64,000 nucleotides of DNA from Verrucomicrobiota bacterium (GTDB lineage Bacteria > Verrucomicrobiota > Verrucomicrobiia > Limisphaerales > SIBE01): positions 6,180 through 70,179 of the forward strand of contig VHCZ01000002.1 in the NCBI GenBank assembly GCA_016871535.1. The letters run 5' to 3'. Below the pieces are notes generated by a model, which had not been told where the DNA came from, ran no database searches, and was given only the letters and a program-made list of their open reading frames with translations. Positions 27,201 through 35,534 of this stretch are shown here, piece by piece. Position numbers and translations under genes: made by a program. Position 1 is the first letter of the stretch. The number at the start of each line of letters is the position of its first letter.

Positions 27201-27700
27201 GATTCGATCGGACGCCAGGCCCAATGTGAGCGACGCCGTTGGTTCAGATCGACCGCTCCGGTTTGCACCGTTTGCCGGGCGGCGGCCTCCGCTGGCCAGA
27301 CGGCGCCCTGCTGAATCCATTCGACAAAGTCCGCGACTTGCTGATTCGGCAACCGGCTCTTGGGCGGCATCTGAAGGTCCGGTTTGGAATAACGTATCGC
27401 TTGGATCAGCAGGCTTTTTTCAGGATCGCCAGGAACAACAGCCGGACCGGTATCGCCTCCGCGAAGCATGCCCGCGCGCGAATCCAGGCGGAGATTCCCT
27501 TTGAGCTTTTCGCTGGCCGCACTGTGACACTTGACGCATTGCTCAACCAGGACGGGCCGGATCTTCTTCTCGAAGAATTCAACGTCCTCAGAGATCGTGG
27601 CCCCTTGGAGTCCGATCGACCCTGTCACCGAAGCGAGCCAGGCAACGCTTGCCAAAGCCGCTGGACGCAACAGGAAAGGCACGTGGCTGGCGGTGTTCAT
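24281..27700 (-). CDS. PSCyt1/PSCyt2(DUF1549)/PSD1(DUF1553) planctomycete-type cytochrome c domain protein
   Basis: FFEKKIRPVLVEQCVKCHS (heme motif), DRFLLATLEK.. (DUF1549), CARCHDHKFDAIS, and C-terminal NAKEFIFIE (DUF1553). ATG 27700 precedes a signal peptide. Confidence 0.9.
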   Translation of the reverse strand: MNTASHVPFLLRPAALASVAWLASVTGSIGLQGATISEDVEFFEKKIRPVLVEQCVKCHSAASEKLKGNLRLDSRAGMLRGGDTGPAVVPGDPEKSLLIQAIRYSKPDLQMPPKSRLPNQQVADFVEWIQQGAVWPAEAAARQTVQTGAVDLNQRRRSHWAWRPIESTRPPPVIDTGWVRSPVDQFLLATLEKSGARFAAVADKRTLIRRLYFDLVGLPPLRQEVESFLQDRSPGAYDQLVGRLLASPHFGERWARHWLDLVRYAETLGHEFDYPIHNAWRYRDYVIRAFNADVPYDEFVMEHIAGDLVPVPRRHPTDGFNESIIGTAFFWFAQQTHSPVDVRQHQAEVIENQIDVLAKTFLGVTVACARCHDHKFDAISTRDFYALYGVFASSRYAQRSIEPVEATAEVVDRLKWLKVEIRSALSGMWARQTKNVAQYLLAERALQAPSGESCEQVARELRLDAGRLSRWRTALQQTTNSAQAHPLQIWKRFSACAVAENPEAFAEQWSALRSESKPPAETSSASPSALSVFADFRSQDYSGWCLDGEGFGHAPSPAGEWITGTTNQPVVKILAEPSAHSGVVSLRLQGTLRSSTFTITNRFLHLLASGRDARINLFVDNFGLIQSPIYGALRQVLNHDNFRWLTIDVSMWIGHRAYLEFSDISTPDLAGGGKTEGYSPKGFVAVSRILFSDDKSPPTEPTSNTALPLLGEAPVDSIEALAERYQQAVSDAVDAWTSATLAKSEKGRAQIALLNWLIQHRLLDASPPGVTAEQVARLGKLWNDFHQLESALPVPARTPGMADGTGLDEHVFIRGNPKNLGEAVPRRFLEAIGGADQPIFREGSGRLELARRITDPANPFLARVMVNRVWHHLFGRGLVATPDDFGVLGQPPTHPELLDWLAAYFRDEARWSMKKLIHLLVTSSAYRMSSKPSDAALEAKDPDNALLHRMRVRRLEGEVIRDAVLAVSGRLDPTMFGPSVPVHLNEFMDGRGRPAKSGPPDGAGRRSIYLEVRRNFLSPMMRTFDAPVPFTTVGRRTVSNVPAQSLILMNDPFVAEQARTWARRLLRHPEQKSEARIADMFYAAFGRPPSPAELSDALDFLKRQTESYALSGPSLEDREQPWADLCHVIFNAKEFIFIE

Positions 27701-27845
27701 TGCGGTGCGACTCCACGCAGCATAGGCTATCCGCCATCTTCCATCAAGGAAGGTTGAAGCCAGCCCGCGGGGGCCTGTGGGACCTGGTCTGAGCTGTCTT
27801 GAGGTTCGTGACCTGTGCCGAGGCAAGTATCCGCCTCACGGACCT

Positions 27846-28505
27846 TCACAGCTTCCGGCAAAACTGGATGCCGTCCGCGATGGGTAGCAACACCGTTTCG
27901 ACGCGCCGGTCACTGGACAGTTTGCGATTCAACGCGTCTATGGCGCGACCCTCCGGGTCCTCCGCGGATTGCGCGCCGAGTCTCCCGCCCCAGAGCATAT
28001 TGTCGAACAAGACCAAACCGTTTCGTTTCAGGCGCGGCAGAATCAGTTCGTAATAGGCGTCATACTCAGTTTTGTCACCGTCGATAAACGCAAGGTCGAA
28101 CACCAGATTGGGGTCGATCCCTTCGAGCACCGAGATCGCCTCTCCCAAACGGAGATCTATTTTGGCTTCCACGCCAGCCTGAATCCAAAACCTCCTCGCA
28201 ATCGCGGTCCACTCCGGGCTCCGGTCGATCGCAATTATCTGTCCCCCATCTGCCAATCCACGCGCAATGCAGAGGGCGCTGTAACCAGTAAAAGTGCCGA
28301 TCTCTATGGCAAGTCGAGCCCCAACCGCCGTCGTGAGGATAGTAAGAAAACTGCCTTGTTCACGGCTGATTTGCATCCGGCTGACATCCCCCAGGGCTTC
28401 AGTCTGCGTCCGCAAAGACTCCAGAACGGGATCACCAGCGGCGCTTCGGCATTCAGCCAGATAGGCGTAAAGCGCGTCGGTCAGCCGTGTGTATTTTGCT
28501 TTCAT
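27846..28505 (-). CDS. class I SAM-dependent O-methyltransferase (family 3, caffeoyl-CoA OMT-like)
   Basis: LAIEIGTFTGYSALCIARGL...DLAFIDGDKTEYDAYYELILPRLKRNGLVLFDNMLWGG. Confidence 0.85.
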   Translation of the reverse strand: MKAKYTRLTDALYAYLAECRSAAGDPVLESLRTQTEALGDVSRMQISREQGSFLTILTTAVGARLAIEIGTFTGYSALCIARGLADGGQIIAIDRSPEWTAIARRFWIQAGVEAKIDLRLGEAISVLEGIDPNLVFDLAFIDGDKTEYDAYYELILPRLKRNGLVLFDNMLWGGRLGAQSAEDPEGRAIDALNRKLSSDRRVETVLLPIADGIQFCRKL

Positions 28506-28865
28506 GGCCTTTGCGAATTATCATTGCGAACCGCACCAATTGGTGGGCGGCAAAGAAAAGTTGCAAGAGGATTTGGTCGCGTGGCGACATCCTATTGGCG
28601 GCTCTAGCGCCTAAATCTAGCCCGCCAAAAGTGACGCGACTTCGTGACGCATCGCGCCAGGAATGCCTCCATGAGAATCATTCTAAGCAGAAATAGCCAA
28701 AGCACTTCCGCAGCCAATTTGGCATTTGAATCAGCGCCGAAAATCGCAAGAAATCACTTGACTTGACCGCCTGAAACGAATAAAAGCCTGACCAGATAAG
28801 CAATTAATGCCGCGAGTTCTGGAGTATAGAAAACGCGTAGAATTTTGAAAAACTCTCAGGGAACT

Positions 28866-29522
28866 ATGACTAATACTAAAGCTCACCTATCGAAGTCGGT
28901 TGTCTTGGCGGCCTCCTTACTGTTTTGTGCGAACGGTTTTGGGGCAACAGTTTTTGACAATACGGCGTCCACGAACTACCTGGATCGAACGTTTTTTCCA
29001 GGCAATGCCATTGAGTTCGGCGACCAAGTGTTCCTGGCTGGAAACGAGCGGCGCATTACTGACTTCCAGTTTGAGTACTTTCTTGGCGCAAATGCCAACG
29101 GCAATGAGCAAGCCGAGCTGTTCTTCTATCAGAATAACGGCGCGGGTGGAACGGCACCAGGAACTCGGCTCTATAGCAGCGGTGCTTTCCCGCTGGACAA
29201 GGGTTTCCAAACAGTCCTCGCGCAAGGCCTTTCCGTGACGGTCGGCAACACATTTACCTGGGCGGTGCGGTTTGCGGGTATTGATCTCGGCGAGCAGGCT
29301 GGTCTGTTAGTGTTTGACCCCCCGATCGTTGGCGCAAGCTTTGATGATTTCTGGGTGAGGGACACGGCAGGCAATTGGACGACGTTTCTGATCGACGGTG
29401 GTGCTGTCCCGGCCAATTTCTCAGCGCGTGTCATCGCCGTGCCGGAACCTACGACCCTTGCGTTCGCGATTTCAATGGGGCTCGTTTGGCTTGGATTCAG
29501 GGCCTATAGGAAACGCGCATAA
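28866..29522 (+). CDS. PEP-CTERM sorting domain-containing secreted protein
   Basis: Signal peptide ...AASLLFCANGFGA. C-terminus VPEPTTLAFAISMGLVWLGFRAYRKRA has the PEP motif, a TM helix and a basic tail. Confidence 0.85.
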   Translation: MTNTKAHLSKSVVLAASLLFCANGFGATVFDNTASTNYLDRTFFPGNAIEFGDQVFLAGNERRITDFQFEYFLGANANGNEQAELFFYQNNGAGGTAPGTRLYSSGAFPLDKGFQTVLAQGLSVTVGNTFTWAVRFAGIDLGEQAGLLVFDPPIVGASFDDFWVRDTAGNWTTFLIDGGAVPANFSARVIAVPEPTTLAFAISMGLVWLGFRAYRKRA

Positions 29523-29540
29523 GGATCGGCTTCTTCTGAA

Positions 29541-29567
29541 AGGCGCAGCCTGGGCTGCGCCTTTTTT
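29541..29567 (+). terminator. rho-independent terminator
   Basis: AGGCGCAGCC TGG GCTGCGCCT followed by TTTTTT, 19 nt after the PEP-CTERM gene stop and between convergent genes. Confidence 0.75.
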
Positions 29568-29603
29568 GTTGGAACTGGTTCCCCGGACAAAGACTCAACG
29601 GCC

Positions 29604-31172
29604 CTATGCTTTAGCCGCCTCCTCTGCTCCGCGGTAGCTCTTCACGACCCAATCGCTCAGAACCTTGTCTGGAGCTTCCACCGCGTCCCGGTCAATTGTG
29701 AATTCGCGCTGCCCGGTGTTCTGCGCGATAAGTTTCAAACCGAACTGGAAGTCCTTGAACTTGGAGGAACAGTGATCTCGCACTGAAAGGCCTTGCGCCA
29801 GCGCCGTGGCCACAAGCAGATCGGCGGCTCCTTCTGTGAAGCGGATTCTCAAACCGTGGTTCTCAGTAAACCGGGCTGCAAAATCATTCACCAACTGGTG
29901 GCCGACGGCGTTTTCCTCCATCGCTTGCTGAGCGAGCACGCTTTCCAGTCCGGCGCTTGGATTCTCAATCAACGCACGGTTCACAACGAACCGCTTGACC
30001 TTCGTCGAAGGCAGTTCGTATTTGAAACCCCGAAAGACGCGTTCACACACCGTCATCAAGCCGCGGGCTCCGGTTTGCTCGTCGCCCGCGAGCCGGGCGA
30101 TTTCTCGCAAGCCGTCGTCGCGGAACAGAACTTCAATCCCGTAAGCCGCGAAAGTCTGTTCGTATTGTTTGATGAGACTGCCTTCGGATTGTTTCAGGAT
30201 CGTGAACAAATCGTCCACCGCCAGGGCTTGGCATACGACTCGGACGGGCAAACGCCCGATGAATTCCGGCTCGAATCCAAACTCAATAAAATCACGGGTG
30301 GTCACATGCTCCAGGCATGATTGGTCCTCGATCGTCTGATTGCGCGCCGCGAAACCGATCGTCGCCTCCCGCAAACGTCGGCGCACGATCTTCTCCAGCC
30401 CGTCGAATGCGCCGCTGACAATGAACAGAATGTGCTTTGTGTTGATGGCGGCCGGTGACCGTTTGCCGCGTTGCTGCATTTCGAGCAAAGCCTGCACCTG
30501 ACCGGCAATGTCTTGTGGGGATCGCGCCGGAACCTCCGTTTCTTCCATCAATTTGAGCAGATTCGTCTGCACACCGCGTCCGCTGACGTCCCGGCCCGTC
30601 AGATTGCTCGCGGCCGCGATTTTGTCGATCTCATCGACGTAGATGATTCCATATTGCGCCCGCTCGACGTCTCCGTCGGCGCGACGCACCAACTCCCGAA
30701 CCAGGTCTTCAACATCCCCGCCGACGTAGCCGGTTTCAGAGAATTTCGTGGCATCCCCCTTTACGAATGGGACGCCGATCAACTCGGCGGCGCTTCGGAT
30801 CAAATACGTTTTGCCTACCCCGGTCGGACCAATCAGAATGATATTCTGCTTGGTGTAGTTCGGCTGTTCTTGACCCTGGATGGCGAGCCGCACGTGGTGA
30901 TAGTGATCGCACAAGGCCACGCTCAACACCTTCTTGGCCTCCTCTTGTTTAATCACGAATCGATCCAGGTAAGCCTTGACGTCGCGCGGTTTCTTGTCGA
31001 ATTGCAATTCCTGCTCAGCCGGCTTTGAAGGCGGGTCCTCGGCCGAGCCGGCCTCTTCCGCTTGAGGGGCGGGCTTGACGCCCATCGTCTGAAATTGCTG
31101 GCGCATGAAATCCGCGAATTGCCGTTGAAATTCCTCCGGTGAAGGCGGGAGATTGGAAGCCATATCGCGCAT
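29604..31172 (-). CDS. ClpX-like AAA+ ATPase lacking the N-terminal zinc-binding domain
   Basis: Walker [11 protein letters not shown], Walker [30 protein letters not shown] tripeptide (EATIGFAA). No C4 zinc ribbon at the N-terminus. Confidence 0.85.
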   Translation of the reverse strand: MRDMASNLPPSPEEFQRQFADFMRQQFQTMGVKPAPQAEEAGSAEDPPSKPAEQELQFDKKPRDVKAYLDRFVIKQEEAKKVLSVALCDHYHHVRLAIQGQEQPNYTKQNIILIGPTGVGKTYLIRSAAELIGVPFVKGDATKFSETGYVGGDVEDLVRELVRRADGDVERAQYGIIYVDEIDKIAAASNLTGRDVSGRGVQTNLLKLMEETEVPARSPQDIAGQVQALLEMQQRGKRSPAAINTKHILFIVSGAFDGLEKIVRRRLREATIGFAARNQTIEDQSCLEHVTTRDFIEFGFEPEFIGRLPVRVVCQALAVDDLFTILKQSEGSLIKQYEQTFAAYGIEVLFRDDGLREIARLAGDEQTGARGLMTVCERVFRGFKYELPSTKVKRFVVNRALIENPSAGLESVLAQQAMEENAVGHQLVNDFAARFTENHGLRIRFTEGAADLLVATALAQGLSVRDHCSSKFKDFQFGLKLIAQNTGQREFTIDRDAVEAPDKVLSDWVVKSYRGAEEAAKA

Positions 31173-31233
31173 ATCAGTTCAAATGGAAGCGGTCTCGCCG
31201 CTCGCGGCTAATATGCACCAGGCGCACCGGGGG

Positions 31234-31854
31234 TCAATCTGCGCCCAGTCCGCCAGCCAGCGAACAAGGAAACCGGTGTTCGATGATCCGCTGAAGCTGC
31301 GTAGCATGGACCTCGATGGCGCCCTCGGTCCAGACCACGTAATCGGCAGCTCTCATCTTGTTCTCTGTCGGCCATTGGGCTCGGCAGCGCTGCTTGATCT
31401 GTTCGATAGTCCAACCCCGATTCTTCAGCCGTTCGGCCTGGGTTTTCGCGGAGCAAGCCACGCAGATCGTGGCGTCAAAATGAGCGGCCGCGTTCGTCTC
31501 GAACAACAACGGGATGACCACCACCACCGCGGGCAGCCCGTCGGAGCGGCGCAATTCCAGTTGATGCAGCCAGGCCGCGCGGATTCGGGGATGCAAAATT
31601 GCCTCAAGTTTGCGGCGTGATTCCGGATCGGTAAACACGATTTCGGCGAGCTTCTCCCGAATGAGTCTGCCATCCTGGCCAATGATCTCTCCGCCAAATA
31701 CCGATTCCAATTCACCGAGGGCCGGCTGACCGGGTTCCACCACTTGGCGGGCAATCAAGTCCGTATCGATGACCGCAACGCCGCGCTCCATCAACAGGGT
31801 CGCGGCTGCGGATTTTCCCATGCCGATCCCACCAGTAAGGCCGTATATCTTCAT
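31234..31854 (-). CDS. coaE: dephospho-CoA kinase
   Basis: MKIYGLTGGIGMGKSAAATLLMERGVAVIDTDLIARQVVEPGQPAL. Confidence 0.9.
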   Translation of the reverse strand: MKIYGLTGGIGMGKSAAATLLMERGVAVIDTDLIARQVVEPGQPALGELESVFGGEIIGQDGRLIREKLAEIVFTDPESRRKLEAILHPRIRAAWLHQLELRRSDGLPAVVVVIPLLFETNAAAHFDATICVACSAKTQAERLKNRGWTIEQIKQRCRAQWPTENKMRAADYVVWTEGAIEVHATQLQRIIEHRFPCSLAGGLGAD

Positions 31855-31856
31855 GT

Positions 31857-34800
31857 TCAGGGTGTGACCGCGCGATAAAACCTCGCGGGCGTATTGGAGG
31901 CAGCCGTCTCAATAAGCCGAAAAGTCCCATTGGTCGCAACGAGGGTCGAGAGCGTGGTCCAGGTTCTCAGATCGCCAGAGCTTTGAATTCGATACGCCTG
32001 CTGGATTTGGCCACCCCCGCGGATCAAGAACCTATCCGCTGCCACGGGGTCGATTCGGAGATTCGCAGGAGTTGTCGCATCCCTTGGAACATAGAGCGGA
32101 AGCTCCAAATTATCCAAAAACGCGGCATCAAGCCCCCCGCTTCGCCCACCCGCGTCCTTGGAGTAGCGCCACTCGAAAGTATTGACTCCATCTCGCACCG
32201 GGAACTCGAAGGTCGTCCAAGAGACTTCCCCGGACCAGCGCTGGATTTGGAGTCCGTTCAAATGAAACTCCAGGAAATCCCACCCGGACTCGGAACTGAC
32301 TTGCACCATGAACGAGCCGATCCCCGATCGGCAGGTCTCGACAACGGTGAGCGTGGTAGATTGCCCGTCTCCGACCGCGCCCGACCGCGCGGCGAATCGC
32401 CCAAAAGAAACGTGCTGATCCTGAACAATCCAAGGCGAATCACCCGAACCTTGCCACTTCAGCTTCTTCAGATCCCCACTTTCGAAGCCGTCGCTGAAAT
32501 CATAAGGTCGAAAGCGCGCCGTCAATTCAACATCGTTCGTCATCACCAGCAGAAGCGTATCCTCAATGGCGCTCAGGCTGCCATCCCAACGGTCGAATTG
32601 ATGGTTCGGCAACGGGACCGCAGTGACAAGAACAGGCGCGCGATCAACGTGCCATCCCGACTCCGGCGTCGCTATGCCCCCCGCGCTTGCGCTGACTTGA
32701 AGGCGATGCACCTTGGCGGGCGTGAACGTGTAGGCCAGGTTGATTGTTCCCGAGGCGCCGCCTCGTCCATCCACTGCGATCCGGTACGTCTCGAACGCTT
32801 TGACCGCCTGCCGAACCTCGCTGAAGGTGGCGCTTTCATTGGCGTCGTCGTTTTCCGCAACCCCGATCAGGTTCGTGGCGCGGTTCCCGACATAAAGCCC
32901 CAGGATCGTGTCGAAGCTCGATCCTTCAGTGCTCAGAGTCAGAAGCCCGTCTGAAGTGGGTTGGTAGCTCCACCAGACAGACTTGCCTCCACCAAGGCGT
33001 CCGCGGACGGGTTCGCCGAATTCGGCCGTCGCGCCGGTATTGTCTGCCTTCACAGCACCCTTGCGCCCCAGCAATTCGATGGCATTGGCCAGAAGATCAT
33101 TCGGGGACAAGAGTGGACGATAAAAAAGCGTCAACGAGGGAGTGGAGGATACGTTATGAGCAAAATCAACTGCGGCAATCTGGATGGAGTTCTCACCCAA
33201 GTCGAGAACGTTGGTGCTCGACCAGTTCGTCGTCCCAAATGCCCGGCTGGCCAGATTGCCGTTTACCCGCACCAACACTTCCTCTACACCGGAAGCGTTT
33301 GGCTCCGGATCAAACGCGATCCCGGTGAGGATGACGCGATTGATCGCTGGATCCGACAACGTCAATCCGCTCAATGGGCTGAGAATCCGAACTTCAGGCG
33401 GTCGATCGTCGGGAGCGCCAAAAGGCTGGACTCGCAAACGAACCGATCCCCGGTCGCGCGCCGAATAGCCAGCCACCGCGATGAAATAGGTCACTCCGGG
33501 TGCCGCCTCAAAGATAACATGTCCCTGCTTCTTCACGTCGGAATCGTCCACCGAAGCAACCTCCCGCAAACTCTGAAGCGTCGCGTTCGTATAAACTGCC
33601 AGGACCGTGTCGAAAGAACTGCCTGCCAAGTCCACAATCACGGGCGTGCGCCTGTGCGGAGTCCATTCCCACCACACCGAGCCAGCCGGCGTTGGCGCGC
33701 GGGCGTGCATTGGCTCGCCCGGTTCGAGCGTAGCCAGCTTGTTGGAGGCAAGAAATACGCCGCCAGACGCTGGCAAGCGGATCGCACTGGCAAAGTAGTC
33801 ATTGTCCGGAGGGGCGCTCACCGAATAAGCCAGAACTTCCTCCAACGGGTTCTTTCCCGGCACGGCCACACGAAGGCGCAAAGTGAAGGGGCCGGCGCCA
33901 TTCGGAGCAACCAGCAGCGCACGGTAGTTTGCTTCGGTTGCGCCACCGTTGCTGCGAAAAATCAGATCCTCGTTCGTGCCCTCAATTCGAGCGCTCACCG
34001 CCGCATTGGACACTGCCGCCAGATCGGTAACGGTCACCAGGATCTCCAGTGTCGCGCCGGCCCGCACTTCGGCGCCATTCTGCGGGGTGATAGTCAGCTC
34101 CAGGTTGCCGTCCGGCCGGGCCGTTAAGGCGTTGAAAGCATTCAATCGGCCTCCCGTTTGGGTCTTGTCGCGCAGGATTTCGACGGGCACCACGGTCCTC
34201 AGAATGCGATTTCGAATCTCCGGGAGAAGCGCATGGCTGGATCTGGCCAGGATCAAGGCCGCAACTCCGCTCACATATGGCGCAGCAGTGCTCGTCCCGT
34301 TCAAGATCCAGTACGCAGAGTCCGAGTGAGCGTAAGAGGAATAAATCTCGTGGCCTGGTGCAGCCAGGTGGACATGGCGCCGGCCAAAATTCGAGAACGC
34401 TGCAATCTGATTTCGACGATCCAACGCGGCCACGGCAATGATATTGTCCGCGTCGTAGCAAGCCGGGTATGCCGGTGACATATCCAGATCGCCGCGCTCA
34501 TTGCCCGCCGCGGTCACGAACAAGACTCCTCGGTTCCTGGCCTCGACGATGGCATCGAAAAGAGATTGAGAAAAAGCCCCGCTCTCCCAACTGGCATTGA
34601 TGATTCTTGCGCCGTTGCGAACCGCGAAGTTGATGCAGCGAATCGCGTCCGAGGTGACCCCAAAACCATCCGCAGCCATGAATTTGCAGGCCATCAATCG
34701 AACTTGCCAGGCGACCCCAACGAGCGGATTCCCGTCGTTCGCGGCGGCCCCGATGGTTCCGGCGGCGTGGGTCCCGTGACCGACATCATCGAACGGATCT

Positions 34801-35534
34801 CCCGAACCGTTCAGCGCGTTGATCCCAAAAATATTGTCGATGAATCCATCGCGGTCGTCGTCGATGCCGTTGGCCGGAATCTCACCGGGATTCCGCCACA
34901 TCTGTGAGACCAGATCTCTGTGAGTGTAACGAATCCCGCTGTCGATCACGGCGACAATCACATTCGTCGAGCCAGTCGTGATCTCCCAGGCGCGGGGAGC
35001 ATCGATGTCCGCGCCGCTCACGCCACCATCAAATCCGCGATTGCGGAGGCCCCAGAGCGTGTCGTCGCTGTATCGATCGTCGCCGGGTTCACGACACGCC
35101 CTTTGAACAAAGTCAGGTTCGACGTAATCAAACAGCCCCGAGGCCCTCAAGTAGCGGAGGCGCCCGAACAATTCGGCTTGCAAAGAACCGGCTTCCTCCT
35201 CGGGGCTGGATCGCTTGAGCTGGGGACCGCCAGGCCCCAACACCACGAGGCCGGGCACGAACTTGAGTTCCTCCTCTACGCGCAGCCCCAGCGAACTGAG
35301 TCTCGCCTTGTTCGCCGGATGAGCAGAATGATCGGAAAAGCGAGCGAGCAGCCGCGTCGGATGCGCCTTGGATTTGCCAAGCACGGCAAACTGCCGCTCA
35401 GAAGAAAAACCGTCGGAAGAAATCAGGAACAGGCAGAAAAGAGCGACTGCCGCCAGGCGAAACGCGCTGTCTCTACCGCAAAGGCCGGACGCGATAGAAG
35501 CGCTGGCCAGCCGCTGCGGGAATGGGTTCCTCAA
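31857..35534 (-). CDS. large secreted S8 (subtilisin-family) serine peptidase with two PPC-like domains and a C-terminal ...RFYRA domain
   Basis: Catalytic triad VAVIDSGI / HGTHAAGTIGA / NGTSTAAPYVSGVAAL. Two repeats of the type NDYFASAI..EPGEP..SVWWEW..GSSFDTVLAVY. The start is uncertain: TTG 35534 gives a signal peptide, and the ORF is open to 35684. Confidence 0.9.
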   Translation of the reverse strand: MRNPFPQRLASASIASGLCGRDSAFRLAAVALFCLFLISSDGFSSERQFAVLGKSKAHPTRLLARFSDHSAHPANKARLSSLGLRVEEELKFVPGLVVLGPGGPQLKRSSPEEEAGSLQAELFGRLRYLRASGLFDYVEPDFVQRACREPGDDRYSDDTLWGLRNRGFDGGVSGADIDAPRAWEITTGSTNVIVAVIDSGIRYTHRDLVSQMWRNPGEIPANGIDDDRDGFIDNIFGINALNGSGDPFDDVGHGTHAAGTIGAAANDGNPLVGVAWQVRLMACKFMAADGFGVTSDAIRCINFAVRNGARIINASWESGAFSQSLFDAIVEARNRGVLFVTAAGNERGDLDMSPAYPACYDADNIIAVAALDRRNQIAAFSNFGRRHVHLAAPGHEIYSSYAHSDSAYWILNGTSTAAPYVSGVAALILARSSHALLPEIRNRILRTVVPVEILRDKTQTGGRLNAFNALTARPDGNLELTITPQNGAEVRAGATLEILVTVTDLAAVSNAAVSARIEGTNEDLIFRSNGGATEANYRALLVAPNGAGPFTLRLRVAVPGKNPLEEVLAYSVSAPPDNDYFASAIRLPASGGVFLASNKLATLEPGEPMHARAPTPAGSVWWEWTPHRRTPVIVDLAGSSFDTVLAVYTNATLQSLREVASVDDSDVKKQGHVIFEAAPGVTYFIAVAGYSARDRGSVRLRVQPFGAPDDRPPEVRILSPLSGLTLSDPAINRVILTGIAFDPEPNASGVEEVLVRVNGNLASRAFGTTNWSSTNVLDLGENSIQIAAVDFAHNVSSTPSLTLFYRPLLSPNDLLANAIELLGRKGAVKADNTGATAEFGEPVRGRLGGGKSVWWSYQPTSDGLLTLSTEGSSFDTILGLYVGNRATNLIGVAENDDANESATFSEVRQAVKAFETYRIAVDGRGGASGTINLAYTFTPAKVHRLQVSASAGGIATPESGWHVDRAPVLVTAVPLPNHQFDRWDGSLSAIEDTLLLVMTNDVELTARFRPYDFSDGFESGDLKKLKWQGSGDSPWIVQDQHVSFGRFAARSGAVGDGQSTTLTVVETCRSGIGSFMVQVSSESGWDFLEFHLNGLQIQRWSGEVSWTTFEFPVRDGVNTFEWRYSKDAGGRSGGLDAAFLDNLELPLYVPRDATTPANLRIDPVAADRFLIRGGGQIQQAYRIQSSGDLRTWTTLSTLVATNGTFRLIETAASNTPARFYRAVTP

